Assembly (NCBI GenBank): GCA_963668645.2
Contig: CAXXWC010000021.1
Location: 1,056,001 to 1,120,000, forward strand
Source of the DNA: Desulfobacterales bacterium
GTDB lineage: Bacteria > Desulfobacterota > Desulfobacteria > Desulfobacterales > UBA2174
Direction: 5' to 3'
Length of the DNA stretch: 64,000 nucleotides
Part shown: positions 50,725-59,912 of the stretch, piece by piece
Layout: each line of letters opens with the position of its first letter
Position numbering within the stretch: position 1 is the stretch's first letter
Translations under genes and position numbers: made by a program
Notes under the pieces: generated by a model
Databases searched by the model: none
What the model saw: only the letters and a program-made list of their open reading frames with translations
What the model was told of the DNA's origin: nothing

Positions 50725-52806
50725 TCACTGATTTTTTTTGTTGAGAACCACAGTGGCGTCCACGGCGATGGGTTTGCCTTTACAGATCATCACGGGGTTG
50801 ATATCCACCTGCTCTATCTCGCCCGAAGCCGATGCACCTTGTCCCAGTTTTGCCAGAAGATCGGCCAAAGCTTCCAAGTCCAAAGGCGGCAGGCGCCGGA
50901 AGCCTTTAAAAAGCTTGCTGGTTTTAAGCCGTTCCAGCAAATCCTTGGCACCTGCCGGCCTGAGCGGAGCTATGGTAAATGCCACATCGGGCACCAACTC
51001 AGCCAAAAGCCCCCCCATACCCAACATCAGGCAGTCGCCGAATAAAACATCGTGCAAATAACCAACAATCAGCTCATATTCCGCCTTTATTTTTGGCTGC
51101 GCCAGAATACGGCCCTGGCCCTGCATCTTTTCCCGCAACCGATTAAAGGCTTGCTCCAACTGCTCTTGGCTGTTTATCTCCGCTTCGACCAAACCCAGCT
51201 CACTTTTATGAACCACTTCCGGCAGCAGCCCCTTGAGCACCAGGGGATAGTTCCACCGCTGCGCTGCAGCCCGGGCCTGACTTAGGCTTTCTATCTCCAT
51301 CTCGGGCACCATGGGCATGCCCCACTGGGCCAGAAGGGCTTTGCTGTCCATCTCGTCCAGCACTGTCGGGATCTTCGCAACAGTTTGCAGTGCTGCCGGC
51401 CTGGTGTCCTTGGGCGGTACCGGTGGCAGGGGCGTCTTGTCTCGCGGCCCCTGCCACTGGGTTGCCACACTCAGGCATTCTACGGCCCGTTCTAACTCCC
51501 TGTATGCGGGAATGCCCAGGCGGTCCGCTTCATATTCAAATTTGCACGATGCGGCATCGAAACCGAATCCCCAAAATGCAACGACCTTCCCGCTCTGCTC
51601 CGCCATTTTTTTGAGCCGCTCCAGACTCAGGTCCTTGTCTCCCAGCCCGATGAAGTGATGAATAAGCAGTAAATCTACCTGGGGGTCATTCAAAGCTGCC
51701 TGAGCCCCTGCATAGAAGGCTTCCATACGCCCCACCCGCTCCATTGCCGGATAGATGTCGATGGGATTGGCTGGCTGCATCCAGGGAGGAAAGATTTCTT
51801 TTAAAGCATCAACAGTGGAAGAACTGAGTTCGGCCATTGCCACACCGTGTTGATCCAGCAAATCACAGGTGACGATGCCAGCCCCGCCGCTAAAGGTCAT
51901 GACGGCCACACGGACGTCCTCGGGGAGGTGGGGAGCCATGGCGAGGCTACGGGCCAGGTCCACCATGTGGTGGAAGTCCTTGGCCAAAAAGATCCCGGCG
52001 TCTTTCAGCAGGCCCAGGGTTAGACGGGCGTCTCCAGCCAGACTGGCGGTATGGCTGACGGCTGCCTGCGCCCCCTGCGCACTGCTGCCGGCCTTTAAGA
52101 CCACTATCGGCTTGGGCGAAGCGGCCGCCAACTCCAGAAACAGACGCCCCCGGGGCAATGATTCCAGATATAGTGCGATGCAATGCGTGTTTTCATCGGC
52201 GATCAGCGCGGGCAGCAGGTCGCACTCATCCACATCGCATTTATTGCCGATCGAGCAAACCTTGTTCACCGTTATTGACCGCCGGTCGGCCAGATCGACT
52301 AAAAATGCAGCCGATAGCATACCGCTTTGCACAACTAGGGAGATGTGGCCGGCATTGTTCAAAATGGCCGTGTCGCTCGGATCCATGAAAGTGAAGAAAT
52401 GGCGTTTGAAAACATCAACTATTCCCATGCAATTGGGGCCCCACAAACGGATGCCGTGTTCCCTGGCGATGGCCAAACACTCTTGCTGCAGAGCCTGCCC
52501 CTCTTTGCCCGCTTCGGCGAAACCTGCGCTTTGGATGATGACCCCTTTTACTTTCTTGGCGGCACAGTCACGAAGCAACTGGGGCAATAACCGGGCAGGC
52601 ACCAATACGACAGCCAGATCCACTTCGCCGGGCACCTGCTCCAAAGAGGAATAGCAAGGCAACGCATCCAACTCTTCGTAGTTGGGGTTGATCGGATATA
52701 TCCGGCCTTGAAATCCATTTTTTAGGTTATGCACCATATTGGCACCAGTGCGCTTTTTACTGGCCCCTACCAAGGCCACGCTCTGGGGATTGAAAAAGCA
52801 GTCCAT
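50725..52806 (-). CDS. Acyl-CoA synthetase (ADP-forming), fused alpha-beta
   Basis: FFNP.SVALVGAS, YPINP, SAGFAE.G, GPNCMG, QSG, S.GNK.D, phospho-His SHTASLAG, SGG.G....D, NPID, ATP-grasp HKSE.G.V, DINP, AVDA. Confidence 0.9.
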   Translation of the reverse strand: MDCFFNPQSVALVGASKKRTGANMVHNLKNGFQGRIYPINPNYEELDALPCYSSLEQVPGEVDLAVVLVPARLLPQLLRDCAAKKVKGVIIQSAGFAEAGKEGQALQQECLAIAREHGIRLWGPNCMGIVDVFKRHFFTFMDPSDTAILNNAGHISLVVQSGMLSAAFLVDLADRRSITVNKVCSIGNKCDVDECDLLPALIADENTHCIALYLESLPRGRLFLELAAASPKPIVVLKAGSSAQGAQAAVSHTASLAGDARLTLGLLKDAGIFLAKDFHHMVDLARSLAMAPHLPEDVRVAVMTFSGGAGIVTCDLLDQHGVAMAELSSSTVDALKEIFPPWMQPANPIDIYPAMERVGRMEAFYAGAQAALNDPQVDLLLIHHFIGLGDKDLSLERLKKMAEQSGKVVAFWGFGFDAASCKFEYEADRLGIPAYRELERAVECLSVATQWQGPRDKTPLPPVPPKDTRPAALQTVAKIPTVLDEMDSKALLAQWGMPMVPEMEIESLSQARAAAQRWNYPLVLKGLLPEVVHKSELGLVEAEINSQEQLEQAFNRLREKMQGQGRILAQPKIKAEYELIVGYLHDVLFGDCLMLGMGGLLAELVPDVAFTIAPLRPAGAKDLLERLKTSKLFKGFRRLPPLDLEALADLLAKLGQGASASGEIEQVDINPVMICKGKPIAVDATVVLNKKNQ

Positions 52807-53091
52807 GTCTATATTCCTTGTGCGAGACTTATGGTTAAAAGAAAAACTGACCCGAGGGCGGGCGACGCTTTTCATGGGGATGGCAATGCATCCTGGAGTC
52901 ATGGAGAGCCGGTTTGCCGATGCCTTAAAGGGCTCTCCGCCCTTTGGCGGCCTACCGGTCATCTTCTGAAGGCCGCCGCCCTTTTGCGTTATATCAAGAT
53001 AGTTTCAAGTTCGAGCCGAATTGGAAGGATAGTCTGGCACTTAATGCCATCATTCCCGCAGCAGCCCGGAAAACATTCAATCCCAGCACCT

Positions 53092-55026
53092 TCAGGATGA
53101 TACCACTGAACCGATTTTCACGAGTTGATTGCTGTTAGTGGCCGGAAAGATTTTGATCATTAAAAAACTCGCGGATAGAATCAGGATTCCAAACAGATTG
53201 GACCAAATTCCGGGATACATCAGCAAGAGGGCCGACAGCCCCACCGGTGCCCGATAAAAGATGTTGATCCGGCCGACAAAATACAACCAGCCTTCCAATG
53301 CGGCAGCCAGCAGAACGCATCCGAAAATCGCGGTGACCACCGCCATCATCACGCCCCCCACACTGCCAACCAGAATCAAGTGCGGATCAAGAACGAAGAA
53401 GAACGGAACAATATATTTTGCAGCCCCGAGCTTCATCGACAACCAAGCGGTGCTCATCGGATCGGACTCGGCCAGTGTTGCCGCAGCAATGGAACCGATT
53501 GCAACCGGAGGGGTAATGAATGAAAGGCAACCCCAGTAGAGGACAAATAGATGACATGCCAGCGGATTGAATCCTAGCTGCACAAGCGCCGGAACCAGGC
53601 AGACGGCCAGAAAAACGTAGCAGGCCGTGATCGGCATCCCGATGCCCATCACGAAGCTTGTAAAGGCACCGATAACCAGTAGCAGAAACACATTGTTGCC
53701 CGCCAGCAAGACGAGTTCGCGGGAAAAAGAATTCGCAACACCGGTACCGCTCAGTGCGCCCATGATCAGGCCGATGCCGGCGAGTATGCCCACCAGATTA
53801 GCCATCATCTTGCCGAACTCGAACATCAGGTCCATTGCTTTGGACCAGGTATAGCGAGTCTCCTTGCGCAGCATGGCGGTCAAAATCAAAAATATGGTCG
53901 TGAAAAAAGGAGCCCAGGTTTCAATGCGCAGAACGATCAGGATATAGACAAGCATTAACAGTGACCCGAGGAAAGGCCATCCCTGTTTCAAGGTCTGCCA
54001 GAATTCAGGCAACTCTTCCTTTGGCAGACCACCGATACCGGCCACCGCCGCCTGACCGTCCACTTGCAGCAGTAAGGTCAGATAATAAAGAGTCGCCGGG
54101 AAAAATGCCGCGATCATGACATCGGTGTAGGGAATGCCCAGGAACAGAGCCACCAGAAACCCGGAAGCGCCCATGATCGGCGGCATGATAGACCCCCCCG
54201 TTGAAGCGCATGCTTCAATGGCGCCTGCATATCGGGCGGAGTATCCGGTCTTTTTCATGGCAGGAATGGTCATGGAACCGGTTGTAATGATATTGGAAAG
54301 CACACTGCCGCTCAAACTGGCCATGAACGCGCTGGAGACAACCGAAACCTTGGCGGCCCCACCCCGCTGCCGTCCCAGCAGGGACAACGAAAACTCCATG
54401 AAAAATTTGCCGCCACCGGAGGTTACCAGGGTCACCCCAAAAAGCATAAAACCGATGAGCAGGTCCGATACCACACGCATGGGCAAGCCGATGATACTTT
54501 CCACCCCCATTGAATGAAAACAGATGGCCTCCTTGAAGCTAAACTGGGAGCCATATAAAAAACCCGGCAGTGATCCACAAAAGACAGGATATAGTGAAAT
54601 CAATGTGCTGATGAAAAAAAGGATTTTTCCGCCAACGCGACGAATGGCCTCTATGGCCAGAAACCATAAAACGGCACCGCTCACCATTGGCAGCATCGGG
54701 GCCTGAAGTTCCCACCCTTGGGCAAGACTGTTGCGGGCATTAGCGGACATATAAATACTGGTAACGATGGTGATTGCAAAAAATGCCCAGTCATACCATG
54801 GCAGTTTTTCGCTATCCTTCTTTCTTGCCGGATAAAGCAGAAAACTGATCGACAGAAAACAACCTACGATAATATAGTAGTAGGCAGTATTGATCGGGTT
54901 GAATCCGAAAAGACTCAAGTGAAACAACTGGTTGATTCCGATCAGGGTCCCAATCGCACCTGCGCATAACGTCACAATGTAACAGCTGAAAGAAATTCGT
55001 TTGCCCTTATCCCTGTAATTCACCAT
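53092..55026 (-). CDS. TRAP transporter fused 4TM/12TM permease (TAXI-type)
   Basis: GG.AKV.V.SSA...S.SGS...N..TTG..TIP.M...GY....AGAIEA.ASTGG.IMPPIMGA, LG.GMP..A.Y, HLF..Y....S.ITPPVA. Confidence 0.92.
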   Translation of the reverse strand: MVNYRDKGKRISFSCYIVTLCAGAIGTLIGINQLFHLSLFGFNPINTAYYYIIVGCFLSISFLLYPARKKDSEKLPWYDWAFFAITIVTSIYMSANARNSLAQGWELQAPMLPMVSGAVLWFLAIEAIRRVGGKILFFISTLISLYPVFCGSLPGFLYGSQFSFKEAICFHSMGVESIIGLPMRVVSDLLIGFMLFGVTLVTSGGGKFFMEFSLSLLGRQRGGAAKVSVVSSAFMASLSGSVLSNIITTGSMTIPAMKKTGYSARYAGAIEACASTGGSIMPPIMGASGFLVALFLGIPYTDVMIAAFFPATLYYLTLLLQVDGQAAVAGIGGLPKEELPEFWQTLKQGWPFLGSLLMLVYILIVLRIETWAPFFTTIFLILTAMLRKETRYTWSKAMDLMFEFGKMMANLVGILAGIGLIMGALSGTGVANSFSRELVLLAGNNVFLLLVIGAFTSFVMGIGMPITACYVFLAVCLVPALVQLGFNPLACHLFVLYWGCLSFITPPVAIGSIAAATLAESDPMSTAWLSMKLGAAKYIVPFFFVLDPHLILVGSVGGVMMAVVTAIFGCVLLAAALEGWLYFVGRINIFYRAPVGLSALLLMYPGIWSNLFGILILSASFLMIKIFPATNSNQLVKIGSVVSS

Positions 55027-55095
55027 ATTCGCCTCCTTAACAGGCAACGACCGGAACTGTGTAAAAATGGTTGTGCGGGTTTAACTGGCCTTTAC

Positions 55096-55148
55096 TCAGG
55101 GGCGAATCCTGCTGTTGATCTGAGTTCCTCGAGCAGGATCCCCCCTGA
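55096..55148. other. Intergenic stem-loop between the TAXI SBP and permease (likely mRNA stabiliser or attenuator)
   Basis: TCAGGGG..ATCCTGCT ... AGCAGGAT..CCCCTGA inverted repeat. Confidence 0.5.
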
Positions 55149-55172
55149 ACTGTTCAGCAAAGGCTTATAGAG

Positions 55173-56318
55173 TTATTCGCCCAGGGCCTTGGCTCTTTCC
55201 TTGAGCCAGAACTCTTGAAAATCTTTAGATTTTATCTTCTGTGTCTGGGCAAGGTTAACCGCTTCTTCCCACGCAGCCTGCACCTTTTGCAAGTGGGCCA
55301 GTGCAGCATCGTTCCAGGCCTGATCCTTGGCCGTCCAAACGCCGATCTCCTTCAGATACCGGACAGCGCCTTCATGAAACGGAGCGTCTGCAGGCGGTTT
55401 GCCGGATTGGTGAATCTCCCAGTTCGGCATGTTCTGATGAGAATCTTTATATATGGCATAGCTCTGGTCGACAGCTTTGAGAAAATTATAAACCAAATCC
55501 GGGTCGGTGTCCGCATAGGTGATACCCACCGGGAATCGTATCAGAGCAACATCTTTGGGGTGGTCTTTATCGATATCGACGCCTTTGCTTTCTTTAACTG
55601 GACTTAAAAAAGGCGCTTTTTTTTGCAGACGTGCCCATCCCTCGGTATCATCTGCATACAGCTCGAGAAGATGCGCGCCGTTAGGCGAAGCCGCCGCTTT
55701 GATGATGCCCCCCACGGGGGTGCCCATGATGACGTCCACGCTGCCTTCGATAAGGCCGTTAATGCAGGCCCCGAAACTGGCAAACTCTACTTTTTCGACA
55801 TCATCCCAAGTCAGATTGGCAAAGGCAAGATACGCGGTTGTTTTCACATTGATGCCCGGAGAGCCGATAATCCATGCGACCCGACGCCCCTTGGCATCCT
55901 TAAGATCCTTGATTCCGCTGGTCTCGGTCGACCAAAGACAATGAGTCGCCGTGGGAGCGATGACAACACGGATATCCTGGGGACCCCACTCGTAGGTCGA
56001 AAAATCATAAAGACCTTCCGCTGCAAAGAACGCGCCATTTCCCAGAAAGGACATTTCAACCCGTCTGGTCTTCAACGCCAGGATGCGGCTCATATCAGAC
56101 CCCCCCGGCATCAGACGGACTTTGACACCGTACTTTTTCAGCAGGCCATCCGCAATGGCCGAGGTCTGGATATATCCACCAGCACCGACATCATAGCAGC
56201 TCCAATGCATCATCTTCGGCAGTTTAACGTCATCTCCGGCAATCGCCGTTCCCAAACCCATCAAACAGACTGCCATAATCGTGATAAAAGAAGTGACCTT
56301 GCGAAATCGCTCTTTCAT
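55173..56318 (-). CDS. TAXI-family TRAP solute-binding protein
   Basis: Signal peptide, W..YDVG..GY, R..PG..D..R, EWGPQ..R, IK...D.KG.RV, P.H.GA.RY.KE.G.W; directly upstream of the fused permease. Confidence 0.85.
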   Translation of the reverse strand: MKERFRKVTSFITIMAVCLMGLGTAIAGDDVKLPKMMHWSCYDVGAGGYIQTSAIADGLLKKYGVKVRLMPGGSDMSRILALKTRRVEMSFLGNGAFFAAEGLYDFSTYEWGPQDIRVVIAPTATHCLWSTETSGIKDLKDAKGRRVAWIIGSPGINVKTTAYLAFANLTWDDVEKVEFASFGACINGLIEGSVDVIMGTPVGGIIKAAASPNGAHLLELYADDTEGWARLQKKAPFLSPVKESKGVDIDKDHPKDVALIRFPVGITYADTDPDLVYNFLKAVDQSYAIYKDSHQNMPNWEIHQSGKPPADAPFHEGAVRYLKEIGVWTAKDQAWNDAALAHLQKVQAAWEEAVNLAQTQKIKSKDFQEFWLKERAKALGE

Positions 56319-56385
56319 GCTTTGCTCTCCCCTTTTCATTAAAATTGAATTACAAGTTTTGAGTGTCCTTTCCCCGGGCCAGTCA

Positions 56386-56405
56386 GACAAACCGGTCGGT
56401 CTGTC
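56386..56405. promoter_or_regulatory. Candidate TetR operator 1
   Basis: GACAAACCGGTCGGTCTGTC imperfect palindrome; near-identical copy at 57618. Confidence 0.65.
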
Positions 56406-56460
56406 CGTGCTTGAAAAAATCCAAGGTACGCTTTTTTCATTTGCAGCTGATTTCTTTCGA

Positions 56461-57435
56461 CTAGCGCTTCAACGTTTCCGGGTTGACCACATATTCAAGC
56501 GGCTCTCCCGAAAAGAAAGCATGAATGTTCCTGGCGCAGATCAGACCGATCTGCCGTGATACCTCCACTGCATAGCCCCCCATGTGAGGCGTGAGGATAA
56601 CATTGTCCAGCTTGCCCAATTTTAGATCCTTCGGCGGCGGCTCCTGGGCCAAAACATCCAGCGCGGCGCCAGCGATCATCTTCTTGCTCAACGCCTCATA
56701 AAGATCTTCCTCGTTGACGACCCCGCCCCTGGCCACATTGACCAAGAACGCCGTCTCCTTCATCATCTTCAGATGGTGCATGTCGATCAGATTCCTGGTG
56801 CTCTCAGACAGCATGACGTGAAGAGATATAAAATCGGCCTGCTGGACCAGTGCATCTACCGAGACATAGGTGACGTTGTATTCTTGGGCAAAGTCCTCAT
56901 CCTTGTATATATCGTAGGCGATGACTTTCATGCCGAACCCCAAGCCGAGATTGGCGACCGCTTTTCCGATCTTGCCCATCCCGATGATGCCCAGGGTCTT
57001 ACCTTTCAACAAAGATCCCACTACCTTGGGCCACTCTCCCTGCCGCACCGAATGATCGCCGAAGGGGATCCGTCTGGCCAGCGAAAGGAAGAACCCGAAT
57101 GTCAATTCCGCCACAGAATCCTTGTTCACCCCGGGCGTGTTGGTTACCGGAATGCCTCTTTCGGTAGCCGCTGCAACATCGATGTGGTCTATGCCGGCAC
57201 CATGCTGGACGATCAGTTTGCATTGTTGCGCACCTTTTATGACAGCAGCGCTCAACGGCAGACTGCCGCCGATCACCGCATCGTACCGGCAGAGCGTTTT
57301 TGCTATTTCCGCCTCTTCCAGTTTTGCCGTCTGAGGGATCATATCGACCTCGTAGCCATGAGATCGCAGATACTCCAGGCCATCCTTGGTAAAGTACCCA
57401 AAAGACGGCGACATCGACCACACCTTGATATCCAT
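56461..57435 (-). CDS. D-isomer-specific 2-hydroxyacid dehydrogenase (SerA-like catalytic core), copy 1
   Basis: Same motifs as 49614-50591 (GIIGMGKIG, NVARGGVV, QEPP, TPHMGG); clear paralog. Confidence 0.9.
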   Translation of the reverse strand: MDIKVWSMSPSFGYFTKDGLEYLRSHGYEVDMIPQTAKLEEAEIAKTLCRYDAVIGGSLPLSAAVIKGAQQCKLIVQHGAGIDHIDVAAATERGIPVTNTPGVNKDSVAELTFGFFLSLARRIPFGDHSVRQGEWPKVVGSLLKGKTLGIIGMGKIGKAVANLGLGFGMKVIAYDIYKDEDFAQEYNVTYVSVDALVQQADFISLHVMLSESTRNLIDMHHLKMMKETAFLVNVARGGVVNEEDLYEALSKKMIAGAALDVLAQEPPPKDLKLGKLDNVILTPHMGGYAVEVSRQIGLICARNIHAFFSGEPLEYVVNPETLKR

Positions 57436-57617
57436 TATTCCCTTTCTACTCTGCCCGATCGAATTCGAGCTGTAAAACCGAGTTATATGTTTTTCTCCAA
57501 ACTTTACCAACGGGTCATTTTTGTATCTTATTAATATGTTAACCTAAAAACCACAGCATCGCGGCCACGATTTTTTCTCGGCTCTGTTTCAATTGACGGC
57601 TTGCCGTAAGCGGGCAA

Positions 57618-57637
57618 GACAGACCGGTCGGTCTGAT
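57618..57637. promoter_or_regulatory. Candidate TetR operator 2
   Basis: GACAGACCGGTCGGTCTGAT, core CAGACC-GGTC-GGTCTG. Confidence 0.65.
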
Positions 57638-57708
57638 TGATGCACAAAAAAAATGTTTCGTACCATCCATCTCTGAACCCCGATCCTTAATTCGCCCCTT
57701 GGTACTCA

Positions 57709-57765
57709 GGTTGTATGACAGCCATATATCTTACGACCTAATGTCTGTCAAGAAAATTCTTGACA
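57709..57765. promoter_or_regulatory. Island operon promoter with FadR/GntR-type box and back-to-back -35 elements
   Basis: Minus strand TTGACA-17-TATATG followed by GGCTGTCATACAACC (GT-N3-AC dyad); TGTCAAGAA-AA-TTCTTGACA gives TTGACA on both strands. Confidence 0.55.
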
Positions 57766-57798
57766 ATTCTCCCACTTTTTCCGCCACCGACGCAAAGC

Positions 57799-58996
57799 AG
57801 TAATGTCACCATATCATTGACATCCTGCCGGGAAGGCCAGGAGTTCGGCAAAAGACCACAGGTGGTCCGTCACATTTGCTTGCATAGCCGGGGTTTTGGG
57901 GCGGAAGACCCGATCCTTGCCGCGGCTGAGCGTTTCATGAGGCCGGATAAAATCATAACAAGCCACGCAGATGGCAAATTTGGCCTTGAGCCATCGCATC
58001 GAACGGGCAACCGTAGGCGCTTTACGAGCAAGATGAGCATCCCACAATTGCCAATCCAAATTGGAACGCTCGATATATGCGGTATTGATCGTCTGGCTGG
58101 GCGAGTCTTCCAGTCGATCCAGGATGTGCTGCTCGGTGCCGTAAACCACCTGACGTTCGACCTTGACAACCCGTGCGCCCTAGCGCGTCGTTATAAACAG
58201 TAGCGTAATCCAGATCCGCGTCAATGACTCGTTGCGGATTGCGCGGTCGGCCCGGGTTTGCCCGTGGCTACCGATGGTATAAGCTTGTGAAACAGCTCTC
58301 CAAAAACTGTTGTGTAATGGGGCAGTTCATCGGAGACAAACAGTGGCTTACTCGGGCAACGGTCGATCAAATCGCGCAGCATTCGCCGCGCATCGTCCAG
58401 TTCGCGCCCTCCGATCCAGAATGTGATCAGCAGGCGCGTCGGGGCGTCGATGGCTGTCCAAATCCAGGTCTGCCCGTACTGCTTTTCAAGGTCTTGGGGG
58501 TCGTCAGAACTTTTCTTTTTTTTACAAAGGTCCACAGCTCGTCGAGTTGCGCCTCGGTCAACTGCAAGGACGTCAGCAAATCCGAAAGTACTCGGGCGCA
58601 ATGCTCGCCAGCCCTCAAAATCACCCGATTGACGGTGTCTTTGTCGAGTCCGAGCAAACGCGCCGTGGCCCGCACCCCCACGCCCTCGGCAGCGTGGTGA
58701 ATGATTTGCCGGATTGTATCGGCCGGCAAATGTAGCCCGAACAGCGCACTGGCCCGTGTGGCCGCAAAGCGTTTGCCACAGGTACGGCAGTACAGCAAAT
58801 CGCGGTCCTTGTCCTTGCCGTATTTGCCGCGAATACTGATGTTGCCATGCCCGCGCAAGCCGTAGTCCTTGCATTGCTGGTTGGGACAAAAGCATTGCTC
58901 AAGATCGCTCATGGATTGCCTCCGGCGTTGAAGTGACTTTACCGGAGCAAGGTAACATGACCGGAAAACAAATGTCAACCATATGGTGACATCATC
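57799..58996 (-). mobile_element. IS1-family insertion sequence (ISMhu11-like), decayed transposase
   Basis: ~24-bp IRs AGTAATGTCACCATATCATTGACA / GATGATGTCACCATATGGTTGACA resemble IS1 GGT(A/G)ATG ends. orfA (58912) has a zinc finger CPN..C..C..C, HTH and DELW; A8G slippery site; orfB has W.WTAID, SDEL..Y, NT..IER.N, RPH..L..TPAM; extra frameshifts near 58150-58250; no target duplication seen. Confidence 0.85.
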
Positions 58997-59004
58997 AAAT
59001 ACTA

Positions 59005-59193
59005 ATGTCCGAGGAAAAGCACAACACGCTTCTGGCGGCTTCCCCTTCCTTGAATGTTACGCATGCCAGACCAAGTGACAAGCCGGTTGAATTGATCATC
59101 CCATTTGGCTCGGTCAGTGTCACAGACAATATGGCGCTATCGCTTGTCCTGTTCCTTGGGAAATCTTTCAAGGCAAAAACACCGCCAGACTGA
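59005..59193 (+). pseudogene. Probable remnant of a Bug/TctC tripartite tricarboxylate transporter binding protein
   Basis: P.DKPVELIIPFG....TD.MA..L resembles the TctC N-terminal P.KPV.LIVPF.AGG..D..AR motif; truncated at 62 aa. Confidence 0.45.
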
Positions 59194-59211
59194 GAAAACG
59201 GGAGGAAAAAA

Positions 59212-59620
59212 TTGTCCATAGTAACGTTATCCCCGCGTGTAAACCGGATTAAACCGTCAATTAGTTCGATGGCCGTCAAAAAGGTACAAGAGCTCAAAGC
59301 TCAGGGTATCGATCTAATCGGTCTTACGATGGGAGAGCCGGATTTTGATACGTTGCCATCGGTCGCAGAAGCGGCCGCGCGCGCCATTGCGCAGTCCCAG
59401 ACGAAGTACACCAACGTGGACGGGACGCCGGAGTTAAACGGGCGATCCAGAGCAAGTTCAAGTGCGAAAATAGCCTGGAATATGAGATGAATGAGATCGT
59501 GGTTGGCAACGGTGCCAAGCAGCTCATTTTCAATGCCATCCTTGCCACCGTTTCGGCCGGCGACGAGGTCATCGTGCCTGTCCCATACTGGGTATCCTAC
59601 CCGGATATCATTTCACCGGG
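59212..59620 (+). pseudogene. Class I/II PLP aminotransferase (AspC-like), frameshifted and truncated
   Basis: LS.R...IKPS....A.....ELKA.G.D.I.L..GEPDF.T, TKYT...G.PEL; frameshift near 59440; then EIVV.NGAKQ.IFNA, GDEVI.P.PYWVSY; similarity ends there and the PLP Lys region is missing. Confidence 0.85.
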
Positions 59621-59912
59621 CAATGGCACTGCAGATTTATTTTGTGCAGATCACGCTTTGATGGCAGAAGGTGTCGCGCCTTTTTACAGCTCCAACTCGC
59701 ATTGAAGACAAATGTCCGACGGACGCCGCCGGCAGCTGCCGACCATCGCCGGAGCCGTTGGCGTTTTTTTGATCCCACCGGCCCACCAAGCCTCTGAAAA
59801 AGGCCGGAACTAAGCCATGGTTTCTTCAGGCCGCCGGGCACTTCGGACGGGAACCGAACGGAGCGTTATCCCGCCGCCCGGATAAGACCCCGGCCGATGC
59901 CGCCGGCTGTGG

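Larger units (their letters stand above)
40200..59700. other. Lower-GC genomic island (catabolic cluster, IS and pseudogenes); boundaries approximate
   Basis: Visible shift to more A/T-ending codons relative to both flanks; IS relic and truncated genes at the right edge; no integrase or flanking repeats seen. Confidence 0.65.

Noticed and set aside
53035..53049. TGGCAC..TGCCA as a sigma54 promoter before the acyl-CoA synthetase
   Set aside because: No GC at the required -12 spacing on either strand.
49614..57435. Calling the two dehydrogenases serA
   Set aside because: No regulatory ACT/ASB domains, and the catabolic context argues against serine biosynthesis.
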